Origin: Acidobacteriota bacterium
GTDB lineage: Bacteria > Acidobacteriota > UBA6911 > RPQK01 > JAJDTT01
Direction of reading: 5' to 3'
DNA length: 64,000 nt
Assembly: GCA_965263035.1 (NCBI GenBank)
Contig: OZ253580.1
Location: 2,208,001 to 2,272,000, forward strand
Shown here: positions 20,383 to 29,007 of the stretch, piece after piece
Layout: the number at the start of each line of letters is the position of its first letter
How positions within the stretch are numbered: position 1 is the stretch's first letter
Translations under genes and position numbers: made by a program
The notes under the pieces: generated by a model
Database searches by the model: none
Told to the model about the DNA's origin: nothing
The model's input: the letters and a program-made list of their open reading frames with translations, nothing else

Positions 20383-21876
20383 TCAGGAAAGCTTCCCGGA
20401 CTCTTCGCCGAAAACCATCGACACGAGAGCGGCCGCGCCCACCGTCACCAGCGTGGAGACCGGAATCACCCACATCCAGGCCAGTTCGGGTAGGCCGAAC
20501 AGCCAATGGCCCTGAGCCCAGAGAAATCCCACCAGGATCCCGCAGAGAGCGCTTCCCATGGCCACCCTGGCGCTACAGCGAATTCCCAGCATGGCGATGA
20601 GCATGAGTCCTCCCAGGCTTCCCACCAGAAAACTGGTGACGCGTCCCTGGATGTCGAACAGGTTCCCCCTCTGCTCCTCCGGGATCTGGTACAGGAGCAG
20701 GCAAATGACGGTGGCCAGTCCGCCCACCGCGGCGGTGACGGCCCGGGCCAGGAACAGTTCTTGGCGCGGCGTGGCGGCGGCACTCCTGAAACTGCGGTAG
20801 AAGTCGGTGACGACCACCGAGGAGATGGAGTTCATTCCCGAGTCCAGACTGGACATGGCGGCCGAAAATAGCGCCGCCACCACGAGTCCCGCCAGTCCTC
20901 GGGGAAGGATGTGGCGGATGAAGTGGGGGAAGACCAGATCGGGGTCGTCGGGGATGGCGGCCTGATAGTAGGAGTAGAGGGCGATGCCGCAGAGTGAAAG
21001 AATCAGCGTCAGGACGACGCCGCCGACCAGGTTGCACAGGAAGGCCCGGCGGGAGGCCTGAAGCGACTCGGTGGCCAGGAACCGCTGGACGGCCACCTGG
21101 TCCGAGCTGGCGGTGGCCAGCCACCAGAACAGGGTCCAGCAGCCCATGCCCACCAGGCTCAGTCGAACGGTGGGGTCGAAGCTGAAGACGGGTTGGGACG
21201 GCGTGTCGGCCGCCATCATGTCGTTCCACCAGGTCGCCGGGCCGGTGCCCGAGTCGACGGCCACGTAGACGACGGTGAAGATGGCTCCGCCCAGAAGAAT
21301 GAAGAACTGGACCACGTCGGTCCAGATGACCGCCCGCAGGCCCCCCAGGACCGTATAGAAGACGCCGATGGCCACCAGGCCCACGACCACGGTGGTGAAG
21401 GAGAGGCTGCAGATCTTGGACAGGGCCAGCGAGGCGGTGAACAGGACCATCCCCATCCAGGCGGTCCGGATCAGGACGAAGAGGGACGCGCCGAAAAGCC
21501 GCGTGGTCAGGTCGAACCTCCGCTCCAGGTACTCGTAGGCGGTGGTGACCCGCAGCCGCATGAGATAGGGCAAGATGAGGTAGCTGACCAGGAAGAAGAC
21601 CAGGGGGTAGGAGAGGAACTAGGCGTTGGCTCCGACGCCGTTCTTGATCATCTCTCCCGGCGTGGAGAGGTAGGTGACCGTGGAGAGGACCGTGGCGACG
21701 ATGCTGACGCCGACAGAAAACCAGGAGAGGCTCCGTCCCGCCAGGAAGTAGTCCTCGGTGCTCTTTTGGCGCCGTCCGTAGTAGAACCCGACCCAGATCA
21801 CCACCGCGAAGTAGGCGGCGATGGCGGCGTAATCGACGGCGTGCAGGCTCTGAAAACGGTCCGGGACGGGGCTCAT
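20383..21876 (-). pseudogene. Sodium:solute symporter (SSS family) split by one in-frame TAG at 21619-21621
   Basis: ORFs 21619-21876 and 20383-21573 are in the same frame; it reads ..GVGANA*FLSYPLVFFLVSYLILPYLMRL..; SSS motifs DYFLAGR, YEYLERRF, GGLRAVIWTDVVQ, AAMSSLDSG. Confidence 0.85.
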
Positions 21877-21915
21877 GCCGTGAAGGTGGTCAGGAGCGGG
21901 AGCACTCCAAGGCTA

Positions 21916-22311
21916 TCACTCCGTTCCATTCAGAATTCGAAACCCCAGCGTCTTCGTCACGGAGGCCTGGCGGGCATCCAGCGTGACGAACGAGACTCGC
22001 CTGGGGTCTGTCGCCACATACAGAGCCGTCGCGACGTGCCAGAGATCGGCACCCTTCAAGTAACCGGCTTCCAGGACTGTTGAGTATTCCGGCGTCAAGG
22101 GCCGGTCCGGCAAAACCCAGTCGATACGGGTGATGAGACTCGCCGAAAATTCGACCATCTCCCGAGAGAACACAGCCCGCAGTTCCGCCTCCAAGAGGTT
22201 GGAAGAATGCAGACGATCGAATCCTCGCAGCCGGCGGTCCAGGGCCGGCGCGCCTGGCTCGCCTAAGGCGATGGCAGCTACCGCGGAGGTGTCTACGTAA
22301 GCGACGCTCAT
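21916..22311 (-). CDS. VapC-like PIN-domain toxin (intact)
   Basis: YVDTSA N-terminus, E in LEAEL, ADLWHVATA, FVTLDARQ; overlaps the antitoxin stop. Confidence 0.88.
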   Translation of the reverse strand: MSVAYVDTSAVAAIALGEPGAPALDRRLRGFDRLHSSNLLEAELRAVFSREMVEFSASLITRIDWVLPDRPLTPEYSTVLEAGYLKGADLWHVATALYVATDPRRVSFVTLDARQASVTKTLGFRILNGTE

Positions 22312-22583
22312 TCGCCCCGTTCCGCCAGGAAGCGCTTGAGTGCACCAGGACGCCGGGCCACTGTCATGATCGGCTCCGCCGGCGCGGTCGAGCGCACCAG
22401 GACACCCCGTCGTTCGAGTTCGTCAAGGCGTTCCTCAATGGTGGAGGGGCCGCGCTGGATCGGGCGAACCTCTGCCACAGGCTCTCCGCGATAGGAGACC
22501 AGGATCGTTTTTCCCGATCGCACTTGACGAATGATTTCGGAGAAGCGCGCCTTAGCGTCGTAGGTGGAATAGATTGTCGGCAT
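22308..22583 (-). CDS. Phd/YefM family antitoxin
   Basis: YSTYDAKARFSEIIRQV..ILVSYRGEPVAEVRP. Confidence 0.9.
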   Translation of the reverse strand: MPTIYSTYDAKARFSEIIRQVRSGKTILVSYRGEPVAEVRPIQRGPSTIEERLDELERRGVLVRSTAPAEPIMTVARRPGALKRFLAERGE

Positions 22584-22725
22584 GGAAACAATATAACTAG
22601 TCAGACTGGTCAGAACAACCCAACAAACAACCTGACTGGAAAATCATCGGTTCACTTGGGCACCAGATCACGCCGGAGTACAGCAATAATCTCGTATTCT
22701 TGTAACGAATGCCGCTGGGAATCCG

Positions 22726-23724
22726 TTATTCCTTCCAAACCCTTTCGAAGAGCCGGAAGACGTTGAGCCCCATGATCTTCTGCACCTCTTCCCCGGAATA
22801 GCCCCGGCCCACCAGGCCTGCCGTCAGATTCGGCATTTCGTCGGCCCGGGCGAGCCCGGCGGGAAGCGGGACGGGATAGGGAAGCGGAAAGACGGTGGAG
22901 CCTTTGAGCTTGCCGGCCATGAGCCAGTTGAACCACTCCGCGGTATGCAACTCGGTGAAATCCAGGCCGATGCCCACCGAATCGATGCCCACCAGATCGA
23001 CCCAGTAGTCGACGACGTCCAGCACGTCCTCCAGTGTCGAATCGTAGCCGCGTGCCAGGAACGTGGGAAAGCTGTTGGCGCCGACGATGCCCCCCTTGGC
23101 CACCAGGGCCTTCACTTCCTCGTCGGTCTTGTTCCGGGGATGCTCGCACAGGCTCCGGGGGTTGGTGTGGCTGAACCAGACCGGGTCCTCCGAGGTTTCG
23201 ATGGCGTCCATGGTGGTCCGGTGGCCCACGTGGGACAGGTCGATGACCATGCCCAGACGGTTCATCTCCGCCACCAGGTCCACCCCGAACTGGCTCAGGC
23301 CCACGTCCTGGCGCTCGTAGCAGCCGGCCCCCACCAGGTTCAGATCGTTGTAGGTGATCTGAATGGCCCGGACCCCGAGCCGGTAGAAGATTTCCACCAG
23401 ATCCAGATCGTCCGCGATGGGGGAGGAATTCTGGAAACCGAAGATGATCCCCACCCGGCCCTCCGCCTTGGCCTTCCGGATGTCGTCGAGACAGGTCACC
23501 TGCCGGATGTACCGGGAGTAGGTCTCCAGGTCCTTGTAGAAGCGGGCGATGTTGCGCAGGGTTCCCTGCGTCCCTTCCCAGACCGCCACCGTGGCGTTGA
23601 TGGCGGTGAGGCCGCCCTCGTGGAGATGGCGGTAGACCGCCTCCTCCCCCCAACGGCTGACGTTGAGGCCATCGATCACGATGGACCGTTCGTGAAGCTG
23701 CTTCGCCCCTGATTCCGTTCCCAT
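22726..23724 (-). CDS. Membrane dipeptidase (peptidase M19) family protein
   Basis: IDLSH, FSHTN, HPRNKTD, VGIGLDF, KIMGLN motifs; ATG 23724 with GGAGG RBS. Confidence 0.9.
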   Translation of the reverse strand: MGTESGAKQLHERSIVIDGLNVSRWGEEAVYRHLHEGGLTAINATVAVWEGTQGTLRNIARFYKDLETYSRYIRQVTCLDDIRKAKAEGRVGIIFGFQNSSPIADDLDLVEIFYRLGVRAIQITYNDLNLVGAGCYERQDVGLSQFGVDLVAEMNRLGMVIDLSHVGHRTTMDAIETSEDPVWFSHTNPRSLCEHPRNKTDEEVKALVAKGGIVGANSFPTFLARGYDSTLEDVLDVVDYWVDLVGIDSVGIGLDFTELHTAEWFNWLMAGKLKGSTVFPLPYPVPLPAGLARADEMPNLTAGLVGRGYSGEEVQKIMGLNVFRLFERVWKE

Positions 23725-23728
23725 TTGC

Positions 23729-24262
23729 TTAACCTCCATCGGTCACCCAGACCGCTACGATCCGGACCTGCTCGCCGTTTCCCTCCGACCGGACGGACAC
23801 CCGGCCCGCCCGGTCCAGGCCGCCAGCCTCCCGCAGAACCGCCAGGACACCCTGGGCGACCCCTTCCCACATGGCGTGCCCGTCCGGCAGATCTCCTTCA
23901 GGGGACAGGGCCGAACCCTGGATCCCGATCTCGACGCATTCCGACTCGAGGCGATCCAGTGAAAAGGTCCCCCAGCCCCGCAGGCCCACCTGGACCAGAT
24001 AGTCCTCGACCGCCTGCCGCGGCGAGACTCCCTCGACCTGGCGGTGCCGGCGGCAGAATTCCATGGCTCCATCGCGACCCGCCTTTCGAAACGCTTCGCT
24101 GAAGGCCGCCACACCGGCGATGGCCTTCATCTCCCTCAGAATGTAGCGAAAGAAATGGCGCGGCAGCAGGATCATCTCCTGCCCTCCCAGGACCAGGCGT
24201 CCGGAAGGTTCCAACCGGAGGCCGGAGCGCAGGGATTCAAACCGGTTCGAAGTCCGCAGCAT
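23729..24262 (-). CDS. V4R / DUF5943-like small ligand-binding protein
   Basis: GRLVLGGQEMILLPRHFF..GLRGWGTF pattern; directly upstream of the M19 dipeptidase. Confidence 0.65.
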   Translation of the reverse strand: MLRTSNRFESLRSGLRLEPSGRLVLGGQEMILLPRHFFRYILREMKAIAGVAAFSEAFRKAGRDGAMEFCRRHRQVEGVSPRQAVEDYLVQVGLRGWGTFSLDRLESECVEIGIQGSALSPEGDLPDGHAMWEGVAQGVLAVLREAGGLDRAGRVSVRSEGNGEQVRIVAVWVTDGG

Positions 24263-24386
24263 CGGGCAACTATCCCAGGTTACGGTGTCCCATTTGGCCC
24301 AAAATGCTACGGTAGCCCGATCGGAGGGACAAGGCCGGTATGACGCTGAGGACGATTGTCATACTTTCGCTGCATGATTTCGCCGT

Positions 24387-26087
24387 GTGGAAACGGCGAC
24401 AAACCGTCTTTCGGATTCGCGCCCCCAATGCCCCTCGGCCGTTCAACCGAAGATGACGAGAAAAAGCAGCATTCCGGACCACGCGGGAATCTCCGGCCCC
24501 GCGCGGCGTCGCGGGCGATTGTCGGCCCGGGCCACGATGGTCCTGGCGGCGGTCGCGAGCTTCGGCGTCTTTCATGACCTGGGTGTCCGTGCCCAGGAAG
24601 CCGGGCTCAAACCCGAGAGCCCGGTCCCCTTGTCCTACTTCCGAGGCCGGCCCCTGAGGATCGGCAACCAGATCCAGCTGCTGGCGGACGACTACATCGT
24701 GGAGGATCGCTGGAAGCTGCAGCGCCGGGTGGGCCGGGTGAACAAGTTCATGAGGAACCCGGTCATCGTCCAGGACAAGCCCTGGGAGGACGCGGTCGGA
24801 GCCTATCCTTCCGTGCTCCATGACGAACGGTTGGGCCGGTACCGCATGTGGTACCAGTGCTTCAACCTTTCGAACTACTTCTCGAAAGAGGGGCCCTCCT
24901 ACTACGTTGGCTACGCGGAGAGCGAGGACGCCTTCAACTGGACGAAACCCCGCCTGCAAGGATTTCCCTTCGCCGGGCACGAAAGGACCAACATCGTCTA
25001 CACCGGCCGCGGCGGGACCCGGGCGGCCGGCATGCAGGTCTTCCTGAACCCGGACCAGTCCGACCCGGGCCGGCGCTTCGTCATGGTCTACATCGGCTCC
25101 AGCGGCGTCGACCTGTCCTACTCGCCCGACGGCTTCCACTGGACCGAGGCGCCGGAGCCCCTCTTCCGCTACCACAGCGACTTCCCCAACCATCTCCTCT
25201 GGGTCCCCGAGCGGGACCTCTGGTACCTCTACGTGCGGCCAACGGTCCGGACCAACGGGATGCTGCCCCTGCCCGAAGGATCGAGACACACCGGCCGCCG
25301 GCTGGCCCTTTCCACCAGCCCGGACCTGAGAAGCTGGAGTCTCCCCAGGACGATCCTCTATCCGGACGAGAGGGACGAACCGGACTACGACAACCTCTAC
25401 ATCTTCCGCAGGCACGGCTTGTTCATCGCCTTCTATGCCAAGATGTTCCAAGAGGAGGCGATGAGCGAGACCGTGATGCACGTCGCCACCAGCCGGGACG
25501 GGATCCGTTGGGAACGGACCTGGAACCGGGAGCCGCTGGTGCCCCGGGGCGTCCCGGGGGCCTTCGACCACGGTCTGGTGGAGCCGGGCACCAGCCCGCC
25601 GCTGGAGGTCGGCCCCGATCTGCTCATCTATTACTACGCCTCCCCGGTGGGCCAGTACTACCTGAACCGGGAGACGGGCGTAGGCGTCTGCCGCCTCAGA
25701 AGGGACCGTTTCATCGGTCAACAGGCAGGCGACGCCACCGGCTACCTGTTGACCCGCCAGTTCATCCTGGAAGGAGGCCGCCTGGTCATCAACTGCGCCG
25801 CCCTGCATCCGGGAACCCGGCACCGGCGTCATCCATACCAGGCGGAGAGTGACGGGATCCGGGTGGCCATCATCCAGGCCCCCGATTTCAAGACCCGGGA
25901 GACGCGCTGGGAGACGGCCGTCCCCGGCTTCGGCCTGGAGGACTGCGACCGGATCTTCACCGACAACCTGAGCCACACCGTGACCTGGAACGGCGATCCG
26001 GATCTGAGCCGGCTCAAGGGGCAGCCTGTCTATCTCCGCTTTCAGCTCAAGAACGCCGACCTCTACTCCTTCCAGATCCGGCCATGA
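24387..26087 (+). CDS. Secreted beta-propeller glycoside hydrolase-like protein
   Basis: DKPWE, YRMWY, YAESEDAFNW, SPDGFHW, SRDGIRW, LRRDRF, C-terminal LYSFQI. Start uncertain. Confidence 0.65.
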   Translation: METATNRLSDSRPQCPSAVQPKMTRKSSIPDHAGISGPARRRGRLSARATMVLAAVASFGVFHDLGVRAQEAGLKPESPVPLSYFRGRPLRIGNQIQLLADDYIVEDRWKLQRRVGRVNKFMRNPVIVQDKPWEDAVGAYPSVLHDERLGRYRMWYQCFNLSNYFSKEGPSYYVGYAESEDAFNWTKPRLQGFPFAGHERTNIVYTGRGGTRAAGMQVFLNPDQSDPGRRFVMVYIGSSGVDLSYSPDGFHWTEAPEPLFRYHSDFPNHLLWVPERDLWYLYVRPTVRTNGMLPLPEGSRHTGRRLALSTSPDLRSWSLPRTILYPDERDEPDYDNLYIFRRHGLFIAFYAKMFQEEAMSETVMHVATSRDGIRWERTWNREPLVPRGVPGAFDHGLVEPGTSPPLEVGPDLLIYYYASPVGQYYLNRETGVGVCRLRRDRFIGQQAGDATGYLLTRQFILEGGRLVINCAALHPGTRHRRHPYQAESDGIRVAIIQAPDFKTRETRWETAVPGFGLEDCDRIFTDNLSHTVTWNGDPDLSRLKGQPVYLRFQLKNADLYSFQIRP

Positions 26088-26180
26088 AGCATCCGTCCGG
26101 GGCGGTGACGCGGCGCCGGCATGCCCGCACCGTTCTTGATTGCCGGGGTCATCTTGGATATAGTTCGTCGTCATCAATGC

Positions 26181-26259
<79 letters not shown>

Positions 26260-26297
26260 TTCCTGTTGCGAACTTCCGCGGCGATCCAGTTAACGTG

Positions 26298-26327
26298 AGA
26301 CCCCGGAGGACGATCCCTTCGGGGTCT
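26298..26327 (+). terminator. Hairpin downstream of the tRNA (possible terminator or processing signal)
   Basis: AGACCCCGGAGG..CCTTCGGGGTCT stem; only a weak U-tract. Confidence 0.4.
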
Positions 26328-26611
26328 TGTCGTATCTGGCGCTTTTCCAGGAAGTTGCGCCCCTTCCGACATGCTTCCCGACTCTCCGTTTCGCGATTTC
26401 GGCGCGACACCCCGCGTGCAACCATGGGGGTTACGGGCGCGGACCGCGTGATTTCGTCTCCGGATTCTCCGATTCTCCATTTTTCGCTCCGCGTTGTTTA
26501 ACAGCCCGGTTCGCCTCGGACCCCCGGGTTTCGGCAGTTGCCGACCGGCGAAGTCTGCTCTTGTCTGCGGACCGGTTTGTGGACTAATTTTGGACCAAAA
26601 AGGAGGCGTCC

Positions 26612-26887
26612 CTGAAACTGTCCAGCCGGATCAAGCCGATCAGCTATCTCAAGGCCCACGCTTCGGAGATCGTGCGCACGCTCGGCGACCAGGGAGAACC
26701 GTTAGTCATCACTCAGAATGACGAAGCCAAGGTGGTGCTGCAGGACATCTACAACTTCGAGAAGACGCAGGAGACGATGGCGCTGCTCAAGATTCTCGCG
26801 CTGGGCAACCGGCAGATCGAGGCTGGCCAAGTCGAACCCGCGGCGGACGTGATCGCGCGGCTCCGGGAGCGGAAACGGGATCGCTGA
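26612..26887 (+). CDS. Phd/YefM antitoxin with a CTG (non-canonical or mutated) start
   Basis: AGGAGG at 26601 followed by CTG AAA CTG TCC..: (M)KLSSRIKPISYLKAHASEIVRTL..PLVITQNDEAKVVLQD. Confidence 0.8.
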   Translation: MKLSSRIKPISYLKAHASEIVRTLGDQGEPLVITQNDEAKVVLQDIYNFEKTQETMALLKILALGNRQIEAGQVEPAADVIARLRERKRDR

Positions 26888-27212
26888 TGTCCTTTCACGT
26901 TCAATTGGCCGATGACGCGGTCCGTGACCTGGAAGAGATCTGCGACTATATCGACCGACACGATTCTCCAGCCCGAGGGGACTACTTGCTGGAACGGATC
27001 GAAAGGGCATTCCAGGGCCCGTCCGAGCATCCGCAGCGTGGGAGCCATCCGAGGAGTTGCTGGACATCGGGATTCGAGAGTACCCGTAGGTCTTCTTCAA
27101 GCCCTACCGCATCATCTACCGGGTGGTCGAGAATACAGTCTACGTGCTCGTCATCGCGGATGGGCGGCGTGACATGCAGACGTTGCTACAGCGACGCCTC
27201 CTGCAGGCATAG
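26887..27212 (+). pseudogene. RelE/ParE toxin pseudogene (frameshift ~27050 plus nonsense TAG 27087)
   Basis: The N-half reads MSFHVQLADDAVRDLEEI..HPQRGSHP; the C-half continues in another frame as ELLDIGIREYP*VFFKPYRIIYRV..DGRRDMQTLLQRRLL. Confidence 0.85.
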
Positions 27213-27232
27213 GCCTCTCACCTGGCCGCTAG

Positions 27233-29003
27233 GAGCCTGTCCGAGAATTCGGCATTGAGCGACCTTCACCCATAACCATGCTCAGGGGCAATGGCCCAAG
27301 GCTCCGAAGACCCTCGAATCCTGGCCTCCGAAGCCGAGGGAACCGATGGATTGCTCTAATTCCGACGCGAAAAGAGGCTACAGAGGCCGATTTTTGACTT
27401 CATCCGCCCTTATCCGCCCCTTTCTTACGCCCAGGCCGCTCGCTTCCCGAACTCTGGACACACCTCTCCCCGCAGAGCCGCAAGCATGATCTTTTTGAGA
27501 TTGTGTGCCACGCAGACCAGCGAGAACTCCCCCGCCACTTTCGCCTTGCCCCGCAGCCCGAATCCCCGAAATCCCGAGTTCTTGATCTGCCCGAACACCG
27601 GCTCCACGATCGTCTTGCGACGCGCGTAGATCGCTCGGCTCTCCGGTTTCGACATCCGCTCGTTCATCGCCCGTCGCAACGGCTCCTTCCCGTCGCTCGT
27701 GATCGTGCGCGCCGCCCCTGACTTCGACCGGCAGCAACGACGATAGTAGGCACAGGATCGGCACTCATCGATGTCCCCCTGATACACCCGCTGTCCCGTG
27801 CCGCGGGTGGTCTTCAACCTCAGCAGTTGGCCACCGGGACAATGAAAGCCGTCCTGCTCCTCGTCGTAACGAAAGTCCGCTTTCACCAAGTAACGCTTGC
27901 TCGCGTCCAGGTCCCCCTTCCCCCGCTTCTCTCCCCGGTCCGTCGCGATGTAGGCTTCCACCTTCCGATCCGACGTCTCCTGCAGGTTCTTCCCCGAGTA
28001 GTACCCGTTGTCCAAACTCAGCTTCTCCGGCAACCGACCGCTCGTCTCCTCCACCTCATCCAAGGCTGGAGCCACTTCCTGGGCATCGTTCGCCTGCTGG
28101 CTCACGTGCTGACCCACGATCACCTGCGACTTGCCGTCCACGCTGATCTGTGCGTTGTACGCGTACTCGAAGTCCCCTTTTTGCTTCATGATCCGCGCCT
28201 CGGGGTCCGCAAAGCTGATCTGCTTCTTGTCCTCGATCTCCCGACCCGGTCGAAGCTCCGCCTCCCGCGCTTCCAGCGCCTGCTTCATCTCCCGGACCTT
28301 CTTCAACCGCTGCTGCTTGTCGCGCAGGTCATCGGGCAGCTCATACCCGGTCCGCTCCTGGTAGACCCGATCCTCTTCCTCGTCGTAGCGGTCCGCCTGC
28401 CGGGTCAAGGCTTCGATCTCCTCGCACAATTCCTGCTCCTTCTCCTTCAGCCGTCCGTAACTCATCGCCTTGTGCTTCGAGCTGTTCGCCTTGAACTTGG
28501 ACCCGTCCAGGCTCACGTGGCCCAAACTCACCAGCCCCAGCCCCATCGCCAGTTGCACCGTCTGCTTGAAGCAGGACCGGAAGAATTCCCCGTGGTCCTT
28601 CCGGAAATCGCTCAACACCCGGAAGTTCGGGCAGTTCCTCCCCGCGATGTACATGAACCCCAGATCCTCCCGGCAGCGCTGCTCGATCTGCCGGGAGCTG
28701 AACACGCCGCGGCTGTAGGCGTAGATCAGGATCGACACGATCTGACGCGGCGCGTAGGCGCGCTGGCCCCGGTCGCTGTACTGGGCCTCCACTTCCGACG
28801 TGTCCAGTTGCTCGAACAGTTCCTGATAGAGGAAACATTCGTGATCCTCCGGCAAGAGGTCGAACACGTTAGCCGGAAACAGCTGACTCTGGTAGTAGTC
28901 TTTCGGGTAGGCTTTGAATCGCGGGGGCATCCAACATTCTCCTGATGATCAGATGCCCTGATTTTAAGGAGCTTCGGTGACAGCCCCGTTCTCGGACAGG
29001 CTC
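27233..29003 (-). mobile_element. IS1182 family insertion sequence
   Basis: Perfect 15-bp TIR GAGCCTGTCCGAGAA / TTCTCGGACAGGCTC, flanked by CTAG at 27229 and 29004. Confidence 0.92.
27425..28930 (-). CDS. IS1182 family DDE transposase
   Basis: DUF772-type N-terminus (SSRQIE, PNFRVLSDFRK), LDGSKFKAN, AYNAQ, LDNGY, RRKTIVEPVFGQIK. Confidence 0.93.
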   Translation of the reverse strand: MPPRFKAYPKDYYQSQLFPANVFDLLPEDHECFLYQELFEQLDTSEVEAQYSDRGQRAYAPRQIVSILIYAYSRGVFSSRQIEQRCREDLGFMYIAGRNCPNFRVLSDFRKDHGEFFRSCFKQTVQLAMGLGLVSLGHVSLDGSKFKANSSKHKAMSYGRLKEKEQELCEEIEALTRQADRYDEEEDRVYQERTGYELPDDLRDKQQRLKKVREMKQALEAREAELRPGREIEDKKQISFADPEARIMKQKGDFEYAYNAQISVDGKSQVIVGQHVSQQANDAQEVAPALDEVEETSGRLPEKLSLDNGYYSGKNLQETSDRKVEAYIATDRGEKRGKGDLDASKRYLVKADFRYDEEQDGFHCPGGQLLRLKTTRGTGQRVYQGDIDECRSCAYYRRCCRSKSGAARTITSDGKEPLRRAMNERMSKPESRAIYARRKTIVEPVFGQIKNSGFRGFGLRGKAKVAGEFSLVCVAHNLKKIMLAALRGEVCPEFGKRAAWA

Positions 29004-29007
29004 CTAG

